A stretch of DNA of 64,000 bases from Gemmatimonadaceae bacterium. Lineage in GTDB: Bacteria > Gemmatimonadota > Gemmatimonadetes > Gemmatimonadales > Gemmatimonadaceae. Positions 16,503 through 26,865 of the stretch are shown here, piece after piece. A program made the position numbers and the translations under genes. Numbering within the stretch: position 1 is the stretch's first letter; every line of letters starts with the position of its first letter. The notes beneath the pieces are model-generated. The model searched no databases and had not been told where the DNA came from. It saw only the letters and a list, made by a program, of their open reading frames with translations. The stretch lies in contig JBJMOW010000004.1 of NCBI GenBank assembly GCA_045803545.1, positions 224,001 to 288,000 of the forward strand, read 5' to 3'.

Positions 16503-18854
16503 CTAAAACCTCGCCTCGACGTAGAGATTCGCGCGGACCGCATGCTCAGGGTAGATACCTCTGGCGAGATCGACACGAATGAGACCGTCCATGAACGACG
16601 CGCCGACACCGACGCCGCTGAGCGGCCTTCCCGGGTGCGAGACACTGTCACGCGAACCGGCCCAGCCCAAATCGGCGAAGGCGATTTTGCGGAATGCGAC
16701 ATTGCGCGTGCCGATTTCCAGGCTGCTCGTCCAGAACGTATCTCCAACGCCCGCACCAGCACGCTGTCCGCGCACGGTCCCCACACCACCGATGTAGAAG
16801 TTCTTCTGGATCGGCAAATGTCCGCCCGACGTGCCTCCGCCGAGCGTAACCGCGGCGTCGAGGCCGCCCAGTCCGTGTGAAAGCGTTGTCTGCAACAGCC
16901 CGCGGGAATAATCGAACGTACCTGCTGCCGCTTCGAGCTTGAGGTCGGTCAGCGCGCGGAATCCGTGCGGGTCGAGCCCGAACGACGAGTGATGCAGAGC
17001 GGACACGCCGACGATTTTCCCGTTCTCGGCGTTGATGTTGGTCAGGCCCCCTTTCACGCCTCCTGGATGCGCCACCGAGAACTCCGTATTAACGGTCGCG
17101 TCGAAGTGCTGCTCCGCGAACAGGCGCCACGTAGTGAACAGCGGTCCACCGTCGCCAGTTATCTCGCCGCCCCAGGTGCGATAGTAAAAGCCTTCATCGC
17201 GGCCGAAGAACAGAGCCGAAAGTGAGCTGCTGAAGCCGAGTGGGTCACCCCAATCGTTGGCTGCCATCAGTCGCCGATAGACGCCAACACCGATACTGCG
17301 TCGCCCATCAGTACGCTCGATCGATGCTTCGGCATTCGGCGACAAGTCTGCAACACCGATTCTGAACGACGAGTGCGCCGAGTATCCCTCACCGAGAACC
17401 TTGTCGACTGCGAATCCGCTGGAGAGTCCCTCGATCCGGTTGAAGCGCGTCCATGGAAACCCATATGAGATGCTCGCGGGCAACGGCGAGAAGCCTGGCT
17501 GCGCGGTAAGAGTCAACGCTTCGGCGACTAGCGCATCACGCTCAGCCGAACCGAACACCGTTTCGCCCTCATCGTAGATCGACTTCGGTAACGAGCTCGA
17601 GTGAGCGAGCGCGACTGTATCGCACGGAACTCTGACCATGATCTGCAGATTCTCTTCGGTGCGATCGTGTACGCGTACGCGCTCAGTTCCGGTCTTACAC
17701 TCGTCGTGACGGCGATCGCGCCTGGCAGCTCGCGAGAGCGAGTCCGTCGCGGTATCAGCGACCGCGATCGTCACGGGCGTCATTGGCTCGTCGCCATTGA
17801 CGCTCGAATAGGTGTAGCGCTGCTCCAGCTTGAACGGGATGCGCATGAAGCTCACCTGCGCTTCGCCTTCGATCGTCTGCGCGCGCGGCAGCCAGAATTC
17901 TCCCTCGTGCAACCCGTACTCGACGGTGACGGCACTGATATTCGCCTTCATCGGTGTCATAATCGGCTTGAGCCAGCCAGGAATGTCATCGTCGGGGTCC
18001 TTCTCGTCCTGCGATTCTTCCTTGGCGACGGCCATGATGTCCATCTCCTGCGCCATGCGATAAACCGCGCGCACGAGATGAGCAGTCGACATGTCGAACC
18101 AGAGAGATCCGACGCCGACGTTCCATTTTGGCTGGCGCGGACGAATTCTCAGCTCGCGCAGCTCGATTCGCTTGCCGCCGGGAAGCTGGAAGGTCACCGA
18201 GTCGCCCGACTCGTAGGTGTAATACGCTTCCGCTCCTTCAGCGAGCGGATGGATCATCTCGCCTTCGTCAATTTTCGCCTTGGCGAGTCCGGAGCCGATC
18301 CAAAGTGTCTCGCGCCCGGGTGCATACGGGATGTCTGCCATCTCGCCGCTCATATTCAGATCGGGATCGCCATCGTTGATGCCCTCGATCATTGGGAAGA
18401 CCGCGCGCTGTCCGGTGACATCGACAATCGCGCCTTTGCCGCGCTGCCACACTACGTGTGATGCGCGCTCGCCGCGGAGCAGCAACCTGCTGCGACCGAT
18501 TTTCTTGAATCCCATCCCGACAGAAAGGCGCTCGTAACCGCTCGACTCATAGCCGCTGAGCGTCGAGTCCTGAATCAGCCGCGCCATTCTTGCGCGCTGC
18601 AGGAGATCACGGGCGGCGGGATCCTTGAACGCGTTTGCCAGGGTTTTCGGCGTCAGAGGCAATTGACGGGCGATGCGCGCCGTGCGCTGCAGTGAATCTC
18701 GATGCTGTCTTACAACCCGCATCGAATCGCGTCTGACATCCCGTTGATACGCGATGGAGTCTCGTTTTGCCTTGTCGACGCTGTCTTTCGGCTTGTTGCC
18801 GATTGTTACGGAAATCTGAGTCTGCGCGAAGACAGCGAGGGCGAGGACGAGCAT
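16503..18854 (-). CDS. Large outer-membrane beta-barrel protein of unknown function
   Basis: Signal peptide, RFNRIEGL, GGVGTVRG (Omp85-like loop), amphipathic strands, terminal Phe (YVEARF). Confidence 0.7.
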   Translation of the reverse strand: MLVLALAVFAQTQISVTIGNKPKDSVDKAKRDSIAYQRDVRRDSMRVVRQHRDSLQRTARIARQLPLTPKTLANAFKDPAARDLLQRARMARLIQDSTLSGYESSGYERLSVGMGFKKIGRSRLLLRGERASHVVWQRGKGAIVDVTGQRAVFPMIEGINDGDPDLNMSGEMADIPYAPGRETLWIGSGLAKAKIDEGEMIHPLAEGAEAYYTYESGDSVTFQLPGGKRIELRELRIRPRQPKWNVGVGSLWFDMSTAHLVRAVYRMAQEMDIMAVAKEESQDEKDPDDDIPGWLKPIMTPMKANISAVTVEYGLHEGEFWLPRAQTIEGEAQVSFMRIPFKLEQRYTYSSVNGDEPMTPVTIAVADTATDSLSRAARRDRRHDECKTGTERVRVHDRTEENLQIMVRVPCDTVALAHSSSLPKSIYDEGETVFGSAERDALVAEALTLTAQPGFSPLPASISYGFPWTRFNRIEGLSSGFAVDKVLGEGYSAHSSFRIGVADLSPNAEASIERTDGRRSIGVGVYRRLMAANDWGDPLGFSSSLSALFFGRDEGFYYRTWGGEITGDGGPLFTTWRLFAEQHFDATVNTEFSVAHPGGVKGGLTNINAENGKIVGVSALHHSSFGLDPHGFRALTDLKLEAAAGTFDYSRGLLQTTLSHGLGGLDAAVTLGGGTSGGHLPIQKNFYIGGVGTVRGQRAGAGVGDTFWTSSLEIGTRNVAFRKIAFADLGWAGSRDSVSHPGRPLSGVGVGASFMDGLIRVDLARGIYPEHAVRANLYVEARF

Positions 18855-18855
18855 G

Positions 18856-19572
18856 CTACCTGCCTGTGGACTTGGGAATCGAGAAATTGACGCCGACTTG
18901 CCACAACACGAGATCGGTTTTGCTGTTGCGCACGTTCAGCGTAACGCTGCCATCGGGGTTATCCGTGATATCGCCCTTCTTGAGATAGCTCGCTCTTGCG
19001 CCGTAGTGATACCGAGCGCCGAGGTTAAGCGAGAACGACGCGCCAATGGGAATCAGGAAGCCGCCCCCAAAAACTCCCGCTTTCGCCCAGTCACCATGAT
19101 TGGTATTGCACTGATCCTGGACCGAGTTGTCTTCGGCAGACACGCACGACTGCGTGTAAAAGCGCACCAGGGCATAAGACGCACTCGCATAAGGGCGGAG
19201 CACACCGTCCGGAAACTGGAGCTGCAAGCCAAGCGAGCCGAATCCGATGCGATTGTTCGTGCTCAGATCGAGCGGAATGCCGCCGTAATAGCCGATAAAG
19301 CCGCCTTCATGGCCGTACTGGACGCCGCCGCCATCGGCGCGAAGCGCAAACCATCCCTTCGGATCGATCTTCATCAAGGCGTTCATATCGAAGCCGTAAC
19401 CGGTCGGAATGCCAGCGGTGGCAAACTCGCCTTTGGGCTGCGAGATCGCGAAATCGCCCCCAATTGAAAAACGCGAAGGAATCTCGGGAGCGTTGTATAC
19501 CTGTGCGCCAACGGCCGATGCCGACGCAAAAAAGAAAGCAGTGTTCAGTAGAACCACGGCCTTAAACAGCAT
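18856..19572 (-). CDS. Small outer-membrane beta-barrel protein
   Basis: Signal peptide from ATG 19572 (purine-rich SD), alternating strands, RPYA, WQVGVNF. Confidence 0.7.
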   Translation of the reverse strand: MLFKAVVLLNTAFFFASASAVGAQVYNAPEIPSRFSIGGDFAISQPKGEFATAGIPTGYGFDMNALMKIDPKGWFALRADGGGVQYGHEGGFIGYYGGIPLDLSTNNRIGFGSLGLQLQFPDGVLRPYASASYALVRFYTQSCVSAEDNSVQDQCNTNHGDWAKAGVFGGGFLIPIGASFSLNLGARYHYGARASYLKKGDITDNPDGSVTLNVRNSKTDLVLWQVGVNFSIPKSTGR

Positions 19573-19645
19573 AGTTTCTCCCCTCTGGTTTCCCGCTAGC
19601 GTTCGCACGGACAGTGCCTCTGTCGAAGCCAACGCTAGACCATTG

Positions 19646-19672
19646 TACGCGTTGAGGTTAGGTCTGGTTTCA
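19646..19672 (-). promoter_or_regulatory. ECF-type promoter for the OMP genes
   Basis: TGAAACC-N16-CGTA on the - strand. Confidence 0.5.
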
Positions 19673-19724
19673 CGGCAGTAACGAAGCGACGCTGACCTCC
19701 TTCCGTGACATCGATCATCGAATC

Positions 19725-20507
19725 ATGGCTACAACTCTCGAGAGCTCAGGTTCCGCACTCCGCGTCACCGGGCTGAGAAAGGCATACGCTGACGTTGTCG
19801 CCGTCGATGGCCTCGACCTGGAGGTCCAGGTGGGCGAGTGCTTCGGCCTGCTCGGACCAAATGGCGCCGGCAAGACCACCACTATCGAAATCTGTGAAGG
19901 CCTTCTCACGCCCGACGCCGGCTCAGTGGAGGTTCTGGGGAAGCGTTGGGAGAACAATGCCGACGAACTCCGGGAGCTTCTTGGAATTCAGCTGCAGGAC
20001 ACCCAGCTGGCAGAAAAGCTCACGGTCGATGAGACACTCACGCTCTTTCAGAGCTTCTATCGCAACGCCCGCGCGATCGACGAAGTAATCGACGAAGTCG
20101 AGCTCGGTGAAAAGAGAAGTTCGCGCGTCGGCACCTTGTCCGGAGGACAAAAACAGCGCCTCGCCGTTGCGTGCGCCCTCGTCGGCAACCCGCAGCTGAT
20201 TTTTCTCGACGAGCCGACGACTGGCCTCGATCCCCAATCGCGCCGCCAGCTATGGAATCTGATTTCTCGCTTTCAATCAGAAGGCCGTACGATCGTGCTG
20301 ACCACGCACTACATGGAAGAAGCGGAGCGCCTCTGCGATCGCGTTGCAATCGTCGATCACGGTCACGTCATCGCGCTCGGCACGCCGCGCGAGCTGATGG
20401 AGTCGATCGACGTCTCGAATCTCCCGCCACCGGAGCCGCGCAAAACGACCGCGACCCTCGAAGACGTCTTCGTCGTGCTGACGGGAAGGCACCTGCGCGA
20501 TGAATAG
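19725..20507 (+). CDS. ABC transporter ATP-binding protein
   Basis: GPNGAGKT, LSGGQKQ, FLDEPTTGLD. Confidence 0.92.
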   Translation: MATTLESSGSALRVTGLRKAYADVVAVDGLDLEVQVGECFGLLGPNGAGKTTTIEICEGLLTPDAGSVEVLGKRWENNADELRELLGIQLQDTQLAEKLTVDETLTLFQSFYRNARAIDEVIDEVELGEKRSSRVGTLSGGQKQRLAVACALVGNPQLIFLDEPTTGLDPQSRRQLWNLISRFQSEGRTIVLTTHYMEEAERLCDRVAIVDHGHVIALGTPRELMESIDVSNLPPPEPRKTTATLEDVFVVLTGRHLRDE

Positions 20508-21585
20508 CGCGGCGACGAAAACACTCTCGAGACAGGAGCGAGGATTCAAGCGCAGCTCGCTGGTCCAGCTGACGCTCGTCCGCTTTCGCGAATTCATCCG
20601 CGAGCCAGAGGCGGTGTTCTGGACTTTCATTTTCCCGATTCTCCTCGCGGCGGGATTGGGTATCGCGTTCAGACAACGCGGCCCTGACAAGGTATCAGTC
20701 GGTGTCATCAATTCTGGTGGCAGCGCGACACTGACCCAGTCGCTGACAAACGATTCGACGCTCGTGGTCGAGACCTTCACCGATAGCGCGGGCGAGAAAG
20801 CACTTCGCACGGGCAAGATCGCGTTGCTCGTCATCCCTGGCTCACGCCCCGACAGCGTCCACTACATCTACGACAAAAGCCGCGGCGATGCAGCGAACGC
20901 GCGGGTGCTGGTCGATCGCGCCGTTCAAGTCGGAGCCGGCCAGGTCAGCCCGGTGCATTCAACAAGTGAATTTGTCACCGAGCCTGGCTCGCGTTACATC
21001 GATTTCCTCATTCCGGGCCTTCTCGGCATGAACCTGATGGGCTCGAGCATCTGGGCACTTGGCTTCGCAATCGTGAGTGCGCGTAGCAAGAAGCTGCTCA
21101 AACGATTGATGGCGACTCCGATGTCGCGCGCCCAATACCTTGCCTCATTCCTGCTGTCCCGGCTGGTGTTTCTGCTACTCGAGATTGTCACTCTGCTCGG
21201 CTTCGGTCACTTTGCGTTCGGAGTCCCACTGCGCGGCTCGCTCGCTACGCTGCTGTTGATTTGTCTAATGGCGGCACTCTCGTTCGGGGGGCTGGGACTC
21301 TTGAGCGCTTCCCGCGCACGCACGACCGAGGCGGTTTCCGGCATCATGAACTTCATCATGTTGCCGATGTGGATTTTCTCGGGCGTGTTCTTCTCGTCGG
21401 CGAATTTCCCCAAAGCGGTCCAGCCATTCATTAAAATGCTGCCGCTGACGGCGGTGAACGATGCATTACGCCTCAACATGCTGGAGGGAGCGTCGCTCCC
21501 GGCCGTGACGCCGCAGCTGGCAGTAATCATCGCCTGGGGTATCGTCACGTTCTTCGCGGCGCTCAAGCTCTTTCGCTGGCGCTGA
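20500..21585 (+). CDS. ABC-2 type permease
   Basis: REPEAVFW, YIDFLIPG, LLKRL, FSGVFFS, terminal FRWR. Confidence 0.9.
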   Translation: MNSAATKTLSRQERGFKRSSLVQLTLVRFREFIREPEAVFWTFIFPILLAAGLGIAFRQRGPDKVSVGVINSGGSATLTQSLTNDSTLVVETFTDSAGEKALRTGKIALLVIPGSRPDSVHYIYDKSRGDAANARVLVDRAVQVGAGQVSPVHSTSEFVTEPGSRYIDFLIPGLLGMNLMGSSIWALGFAIVSARSKKLLKRLMATPMSRAQYLASFLLSRLVFLLLEIVTLLGFGHFAFGVPLRGSLATLLLICLMAALSFGGLGLLSASRARTTEAVSGIMNFIMLPMWIFSGVFFSSANFPKAVQPFIKMLPLTAVNDALRLNMLEGASLPAVTPQLAVIIAWGIVTFFAALKLFRWR

Positions 21586-21595
21586 GATTTCGATA

Positions 21596-22027
21596 GTGGC
21601 GGACAACTCGCTCTACGTCGACGAAACGCTCTCGATACCGCGGCATGAGCTCGATATACGCGTGTCGCGCTCGTCGGGCGCGGGGGGCCAGCACGTGAAC
21701 AAGACGTCCTCGCGTGTGGAGATCTTCTGGAACATCGCGTCGTCGCCAACCCTGACCGACGATCAGCGGGCGCGGCTGCAGGGAAAGCTCGCATCACGCC
21801 TGACTACCGACGGCAGCATCCGCGTCGTTGCCAGTGACATGCGCAGCCAAACGCGGAACCGTGAGATCGCCGAGGAGCGCCTGGCTGATCTGATCGCCAG
21901 GTCTTTGGTTGTGCCGAGAAAGCGGCGGGCGACCAAACCAACCAAAGCATCGAAAGAAGCGAGACTCGACACAAAGCGTCGGCATTCGAACAAGAAGCGC
22001 GAGCGGAGCGATCGATCGTTTGACTGA
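21596..22027 (+). CDS. arfB: Alternative ribosome-rescue peptidyl-tRNA hydrolase
   Basis: SGAGGQHVNK (GGQ), RSQTRNR, basic C-terminal tail. Confidence 0.92.
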   Translation: MADNSLYVDETLSIPRHELDIRVSRSSGAGGQHVNKTSSRVEIFWNIASSPTLTDDQRARLQGKLASRLTTDGSIRVVASDMRSQTRNREIAEERLADLIARSLVVPRKRRATKPTKASKEARLDTKRRHSNKKRERSDRSFD

Positions 22028-22946
22028 CGGCCACGCCCGCGCTTCGCGCGGCCAGATTCTCGCCGCCTTCGCCTCGATCTACCTGATCTGGGGCTCGACA
22101 TATCTGGCGATCAGATATGCGGTGGAGACGATTCCGCCCTTCGTGATGGGCGGAATTCGGTTCGTGATTTCAGGCGCGCTGCTTTACGCATGGGCACGTT
22201 ATCGCGGCGCGCCCCGGCCGACGCGACGCCACTGGCGGAACGCGGTCATTGCCGGCGGTTTGCTCTTGCTCGGCGGCAATGGCGCAGTCGTGTGGGCCGA
22301 ACAGTTCGTTTCGTCGGGGATGACGGCGTTACTGGTTTCCATTCTCCCGTTTTGGCTGGTGATAATCGAGTGGGTGAGGCCACCTCGACGTCGACCGGCT
22401 GGTGCAGTGCTGATCGGGTTGGTCATCGGGTTTATCGGCATCGTCGTGCTCGTCGGCCCCGGCAATTTCGGAGGGCGCGGTGATGTGCGTCCCATCGGAG
22501 CGCTGGTGCTGATACTTGGATCGCTATCGTGGGCGATAGGGTCCTTCTTTTCGCGTGATGCCGATCTTCCTCAATCGGGATTGCTCACCACCGGCATGGA
22601 GATGCTCGGTGGCGGCACGTTGATGCTCATCGTGGGTGCGCTGAGTGGTAAGCTATCGAGCTTCGACGTGCATCACGTTTCGCGCGCGTCAGCGATCGGC
22701 TTGATGTATCTCATCACCTTTGGCTCCCTGCTCGGCTTCACCTCGTATATCTGGCTGCTCGACAAGGTTTCACCTGCGCGTCTTGGCACCTACGCTTACG
22801 TGAACCCGGTTGTGGCAGTGGTTCTCGGCTGGGCGATCGCCAGCGAGCGATTATCGCTGCGCACCGCCGTCGCTGCTGCCATCGTTATTTGCGCGGTTGC
22901 TCTGATCACGACAGCGCGATCCTCGGCACGGACACAGAATGCCTAA
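22020..22946 (+). CDS. EamA/DMT transporter (YedA-like)
   Basis: IYLIWGSTYLAI, YAYVNPVVAV, about 10 TM; start reassigned to TTG 22020. Confidence 0.9.
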   Translation: MTDGHARASRGQILAAFASIYLIWGSTYLAIRYAVETIPPFVMGGIRFVISGALLYAWARYRGAPRPTRRHWRNAVIAGGLLLLGGNGAVVWAEQFVSSGMTALLVSILPFWLVIIEWVRPPRRRPAGAVLIGLVIGFIGIVVLVGPGNFGGRGDVRPIGALVLILGSLSWAIGSFFSRDADLPQSGLLTTGMEMLGGGTLMLIVGALSGKLSSFDVHHVSRASAIGLMYLITFGSLLGFTSYIWLLDKVSPARLGTYAYVNPVVAVVLGWAIASERLSLRTAVAAAIVICAVALITTARSSARTQNA

Positions 22947-24060
22947 GCGGTCGGCGCCTGGCGGCAACGATATCTGCACGCCACGACTCGCCAATCAGCA
23001 TCTCGCCAAACAGACCCTCGGCACCCCTGCGGAGGTCGTCAGCATCCTCGGCGCGGTTCAGGCGCAGGATTACGCGAGCGCGAAATGGGGTATCGCACAA
23101 CGCACTATCGGAGCGACCGACGCCGACGTCGAGCGGGAAATCAGCGACGCCAGAATTCTGAGAACGCATATCCTGCGTCCGACCTGGCATTTCATCGCGG
23201 CTGTGGATATTCGCTGGATGCTCGAGCTCACCGCACCGCGCATCAGAGCTGCAGTAGGATCTTACGATCGGAAACTCGGCATCGATGCAGACGTGCGTCG
23301 AAAGACCCGCGCGGTCTTGAGCCAGGCGCTGCGCGGCGGCAACCATCTGACCCGCGTTGAGCTGGCGAAGGAACTGGCGAACGGAGGCGTACGTGCCGAG
23401 GGCACGCAATTGCTCGCGCACTTGATGATGCACGCCGAGCTCGACGGTCTCGTGTGCAGCGGGGTACGGCGCGGGAAGCAGTTCACCTATGCGCTCGTCG
23501 ATGAATGCGTGCCGGCAACAAGGTATTTGATGCGCGACGTTGCCCTCCAAAGACTCGCGACGACCTACTTCAGAACGCGCGGCCCGGCCACCGAAGAAGA
23601 CTTCGCGTGGTGGTCCGGCCTCACCAAAGCAGACGCGCGAGGTGCGGTACACACCGTAGAAGGCCTTGAGAGCGAGGTCATCGCCGGAAGGACTTACTGG
23701 TACTCAACCCTCGGTGCTCCAACAGAACAACCTGTGGTGCGACTGCTGCCGAGCTACGACGAGTATCTGGTGAGCTATAGGGATCGCAGTGCAATGCAGC
23801 GCAGAGTCGACCCGGCGAAAGTTGGTGAGAGCTTCGACTTCCTCGGCAGCTACGTAATCACTCTCAACGGCCAGATCGTCGGTCGCTGGGCGCGCAGCAT
23901 TGGCAGCGACGCCGTCGAAGTCACTGTACAGCCATTCGTTCGCCTCAGCCGCGTCGAACTGGACGCCGTAGAGGAGCAGACAAATCGCTATGCGCACTTT
24001 CTCCGACTTCCATTGAAGATCGAAAAGGCGAAACGCAAAGCGACATCGAAGAGGTTGTAG
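22939..24060 (+). CDS. AlkZ/YcaQ-family winged-helix DNA glycosylase (HTH_42)
   Basis: VQAQD (QxQ), LRPTWH, GPAT..DFAWWSG, LLPSYDEYL. Confidence 0.8.
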   Translation: MPKRSAPGGNDICTPRLANQHLAKQTLGTPAEVVSILGAVQAQDYASAKWGIAQRTIGATDADVEREISDARILRTHILRPTWHFIAAVDIRWMLELTAPRIRAAVGSYDRKLGIDADVRRKTRAVLSQALRGGNHLTRVELAKELANGGVRAEGTQLLAHLMMHAELDGLVCSGVRRGKQFTYALVDECVPATRYLMRDVALQRLATTYFRTRGPATEEDFAWWSGLTKADARGAVHTVEGLESEVIAGRTYWYSTLGAPTEQPVVRLLPSYDEYLVSYRDRSAMQRRVDPAKVGESFDFLGSYVITLNGQIVGRWARSIGSDAVEVTVQPFVRLSRVELDAVEEQTNRYAHFLRLPLKIEKAKRKATSKRL

Positions 24061-24096
24061 TATGATGGTGAGTAAGTCACCTGAACGAGAGCACTG

Positions 24097-24717
24097 ATGC
24101 CACCGATTTCTCGCGGATTTCGCGGCCGACGGCCGAGCAGTGATGCGGCGTCGCGGTTGCCACCGGGCCAATATGAAACCCGCGATTTCCCCGTTCTCTC
24201 CGCCGGTCCGACGCCCCGCAGTCCTGTCGAGAAGTGGGATTTCACACTTAGGGGCGCTACAGGGAAATCCGCGCGATGGACGTGGGAGGAGTTCCAGAAG
24301 CTTCCTCGCGAAAAAATCACCACCGACATTCACTGCGTGACCAAGTGGTCCAAGTTCGACACCCACTGGGAAGGAGTTTCGATCGACACACTTCTTTCCG
24401 CGGCGTCAGCACAGGGAGTTGCGCCGTCTCTCTACGCGATGGCTAGATGTGATGGCGGTTACACTACCAACGTTCCGCTCGCAGATCTGATGGGCGGCAA
24501 AGGGTGGATCGCCTTTATCTACGATGGCAGTCCGCTGCATCCAGAACACGGTGGACCAGCCAGACTACTCGTCCCACATCTCTATTTCTGGAAGAGCGCA
24601 AAGTGGGTGCGGGAACTGCGCATGATGGACGAGAACGTTCCCGGATTCTGGGAGGACGCCGGTTATCACATGTACGGAGATCCCTGGCGCGAGCAGCGCT
24701 ACACGGGCGACGAGTGA
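24097..24717 (+). CDS. Sulfite oxidase-like molybdopterin oxidoreductase (YuiH-like)
   Basis: RLPPGQ, DIHCVTKWS, EHGGPARL, YFWKSAKW, GFWE..GYH. Confidence 0.9.
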   Translation: MPPISRGFRGRRPSSDAASRLPPGQYETRDFPVLSAGPTPRSPVEKWDFTLRGATGKSARWTWEEFQKLPREKITTDIHCVTKWSKFDTHWEGVSIDTLLSAASAQGVAPSLYAMARCDGGYTTNVPLADLMGGKGWIAFIYDGSPLHPEHGGPARLLVPHLYFWKSAKWVRELRMMDENVPGFWEDAGYHMYGDPWREQRYTGDE

Positions 24718-25493
24718 CCTCAGCGGCGCCAACACGAATCGAATGGCGACTGGGTAACGTTGTCGAGGTGATTCCCGAAACCTCGCGCACTCGCACGGTA
24801 GTGCTCGACGTTCCGAACTGGCCCGGTCACCGCGCTGGTCAACACGTCGATGTCCGGCTCACCGCCGAGGATGGCTACCAAACCGAGCGCAGCTATTCGA
24901 TCGCATCGGCGCCGGAGGACCGGCGCCTGTCGCTCACCGTCGAGCGTCTCGAAGAGGGCGAGGTATCTCCGTACCTCACCGAGGAGCTTCGTCCCGGCGA
25001 TCAGCTCGAGATTCGAGGGCCCATTGGCGGCTACTTCGTGTGGGACGTTTCCGTTGGCGGACCGCTAGTACTTGTCGGCGGCGGTTCGGGAATCGTACCA
25101 CTGATGGCAATGCTGCGGCATCGTGAGATTGCGCTTCGAGGGCGCGATAGGGCCACTCGGCGACAGGTACCGGCGCGCCTCATTTACTCTTCGCGCCGCT
25201 GGGACGACATCATCTATCGCGAGGAGCTCATGCGGCTGGGGGAGAATGACAACACGCTCGAAGTCATACACACACTCACTCGCGAGCAACCCGACGGGTG
25301 GAACGGGTTCCGGCGTCGAATCGACCGGAAGATGCTCGCCGAAGTTATATGGCCGGCCGCGGAGAATCCGCGGATTTTCATCTGCGGACCAACCCCGCTA
25401 GTCGAATCAGCCGCCACAACACTTGTAGAGCTCGGTCATCAGCCAACCCTGGTTAAGACGGAGCGGTTTGGGCCGACTGGCGGCACGACATAA
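24714..25493 (+). CDS. Ferredoxin reductase-like FAD/NAD(P) oxidoreductase
   Basis: RSYSIAS, GEVS, GGSGIVP, FICGP, TERF; GTG start overlaps the upstream stop. Confidence 0.88.
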   Translation: MTSAAPTRIEWRLGNVVEVIPETSRTRTVVLDVPNWPGHRAGQHVDVRLTAEDGYQTERSYSIASAPEDRRLSLTVERLEEGEVSPYLTEELRPGDQLEIRGPIGGYFVWDVSVGGPLVLVGGGSGIVPLMAMLRHREIALRGRDRATRRQVPARLIYSSRRWDDIIYREELMRLGENDNTLEVIHTLTREQPDGWNGFRRRIDRKMLAEVIWPAAENPRIFICGPTPLVESAATTLVELGHQPTLVKTERFGPTGGTT

Positions 25494-25606
25494 GCAGCGG
25501 ACTAAGGAGACCGCCTGAAGATCGGTATAACGAGGTCCTTTTATTTCCTTGACAGGTTGACCGCCTGGTCGGAAATCATGGTCATACACTTTAGCAGGAG
25601 TGTCTT

Positions 25607-26518
25607 ATGAGGGCTGACGACATCACACACCCGAAGCCAACGATCGTGTTGATTCACGGTCTTTGGCTGACCCCAAAAAGCTGGAAGGGTTGGATCGACC
25701 GCTACCAACGAGCAGGCTACAACGTCATCGCACCGCCGTGGCCAGGTCTATCCAGTGATGTCGAAGCAGTGCGCCACCATCCCGAAGTACTCAAAGGTCT
25801 GACGATAAAGAAGATCGTCGACCACTACGAGCGAATCATTCGCGTGATGGAAAGAGCGCCAATCCTGATGGGCCATTCCTTCGGGGGTCTGATCGTACAA
25901 CTCCTGCTCGATCGCGGGCTCGGCGCAGCTGGAATTGCGATCGATTCTGCGCAAAGCGCCGGGGTCCCCGTCCTCCCGCTCTCGACAATTCGCTCGACGA
26001 TCCAGATACTCGGCAACCCGTTCACCTTCAACTCAGTCGTCGAGCTGAGCCCGGAAAAATTCCACTACGCTTTCACGAACTCTCTCAGCGACGAAGAAGC
26101 GAAACGGGTCTATGAGAATCTTGCGGTGCCCGGGCCGGCTCACGTGCTATGGGAAGGAGCGTTGTCATTGCTCAATCCGAACGCATCGTCGAAGGTCAAT
26201 TACCGCAACGACAAGCGCGCGCCTTTGCTCTTCATCGCCGGCGGCGCCGACCATCTCGTTCCGCCGTCGATCAACAGAGCCAACGTCAAGAAATACCAGG
26301 CGTCTGCGGCAGTCACCGACTACAGAGAGTTCCCGAACCGCACGCATTTCATCGTCGGTGAGCCAGGTTGGGAGGAGGTAGCCGACTTCGCGTTACAGTG
26401 GTCGGAAAAGAACGCGCAAGCGCAGGTTCCATTCACCGACGTCGAGGCTGCGTTCGATCCGGACATGACATTCACGGGCACCGCCAGACAAATTCCTCCC
26501 CCTGACCTCACAGCCTGA
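25607..26518 (+). CDS. Alpha/beta hydrolase
   Basis: IHGLW, GHSFGG nucleophile elbow, DHLVP, RTH. Confidence 0.88.
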   Translation: MRADDITHPKPTIVLIHGLWLTPKSWKGWIDRYQRAGYNVIAPPWPGLSSDVEAVRHHPEVLKGLTIKKIVDHYERIIRVMERAPILMGHSFGGLIVQLLLDRGLGAAGIAIDSAQSAGVPVLPLSTIRSTIQILGNPFTFNSVVELSPEKFHYAFTNSLSDEEAKRVYENLAVPGPAHVLWEGALSLLNPNASSKVNYRNDKRAPLLFIAGGADHLVPPSINRANVKKYQASAAVTDYREFPNRTHFIVGEPGWEEVADFALQWSEKNAQAQVPFTDVEAAFDPDMTFTGTARQIPPPDLTA

Positions 26519-26539
26519 TCACGGGCACCGGGAAACCTC

Positions 26540-26812
26540 ATGTCGCCAACTGGCGCGTGCGAGCACATCGAGAGCATCGACGGTGTCAAGCATCCGAAGC
26601 GGAAGGAGTGCGAAGACTGCGTCAAAATTGGAGCGCGGTGGGTTCATCTGCGTACCTGCCAGCAATGCGGTGGCACGCGTTGCTGTGATAGCTCTCCTAA
26701 CAAGCACGCCAGCAAGCACGCGCGTGCGAGTGGGCATCCAGTGATCGCGTCCGGCGAAGACGGTGAGCGATGGATGTACTGCTATCCCGACGACGCTTTT
26801 GCCGAGTACTGA
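26540..26812 (+). CDS. UBP-type zinc finger protein
   Basis: CEH..CEDC..WVHLRTCQQCG..CCDSSPNKHA..H..W.YCYPD. Confidence 0.88.
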   Translation: MSPTGACEHIESIDGVKHPKRKECEDCVKIGARWVHLRTCQQCGGTRCCDSSPNKHASKHARASGHPVIASGEDGERWMYCYPDDAFAEY

Positions 26813-26826
26813 TTGAGCCTGGATGC

Positions 26827-26863
26827 AAAAAACCTCCGCGATGCACTCGCGGAGGTTTTTTTT
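26827..26863. terminator. Bidirectional intrinsic terminator
   Basis: aaaaaacctccgcga-tgcac-tcgcggaggtttttttt between convergent genes. Confidence 0.9.
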
Positions 26864-26865
26864 CG

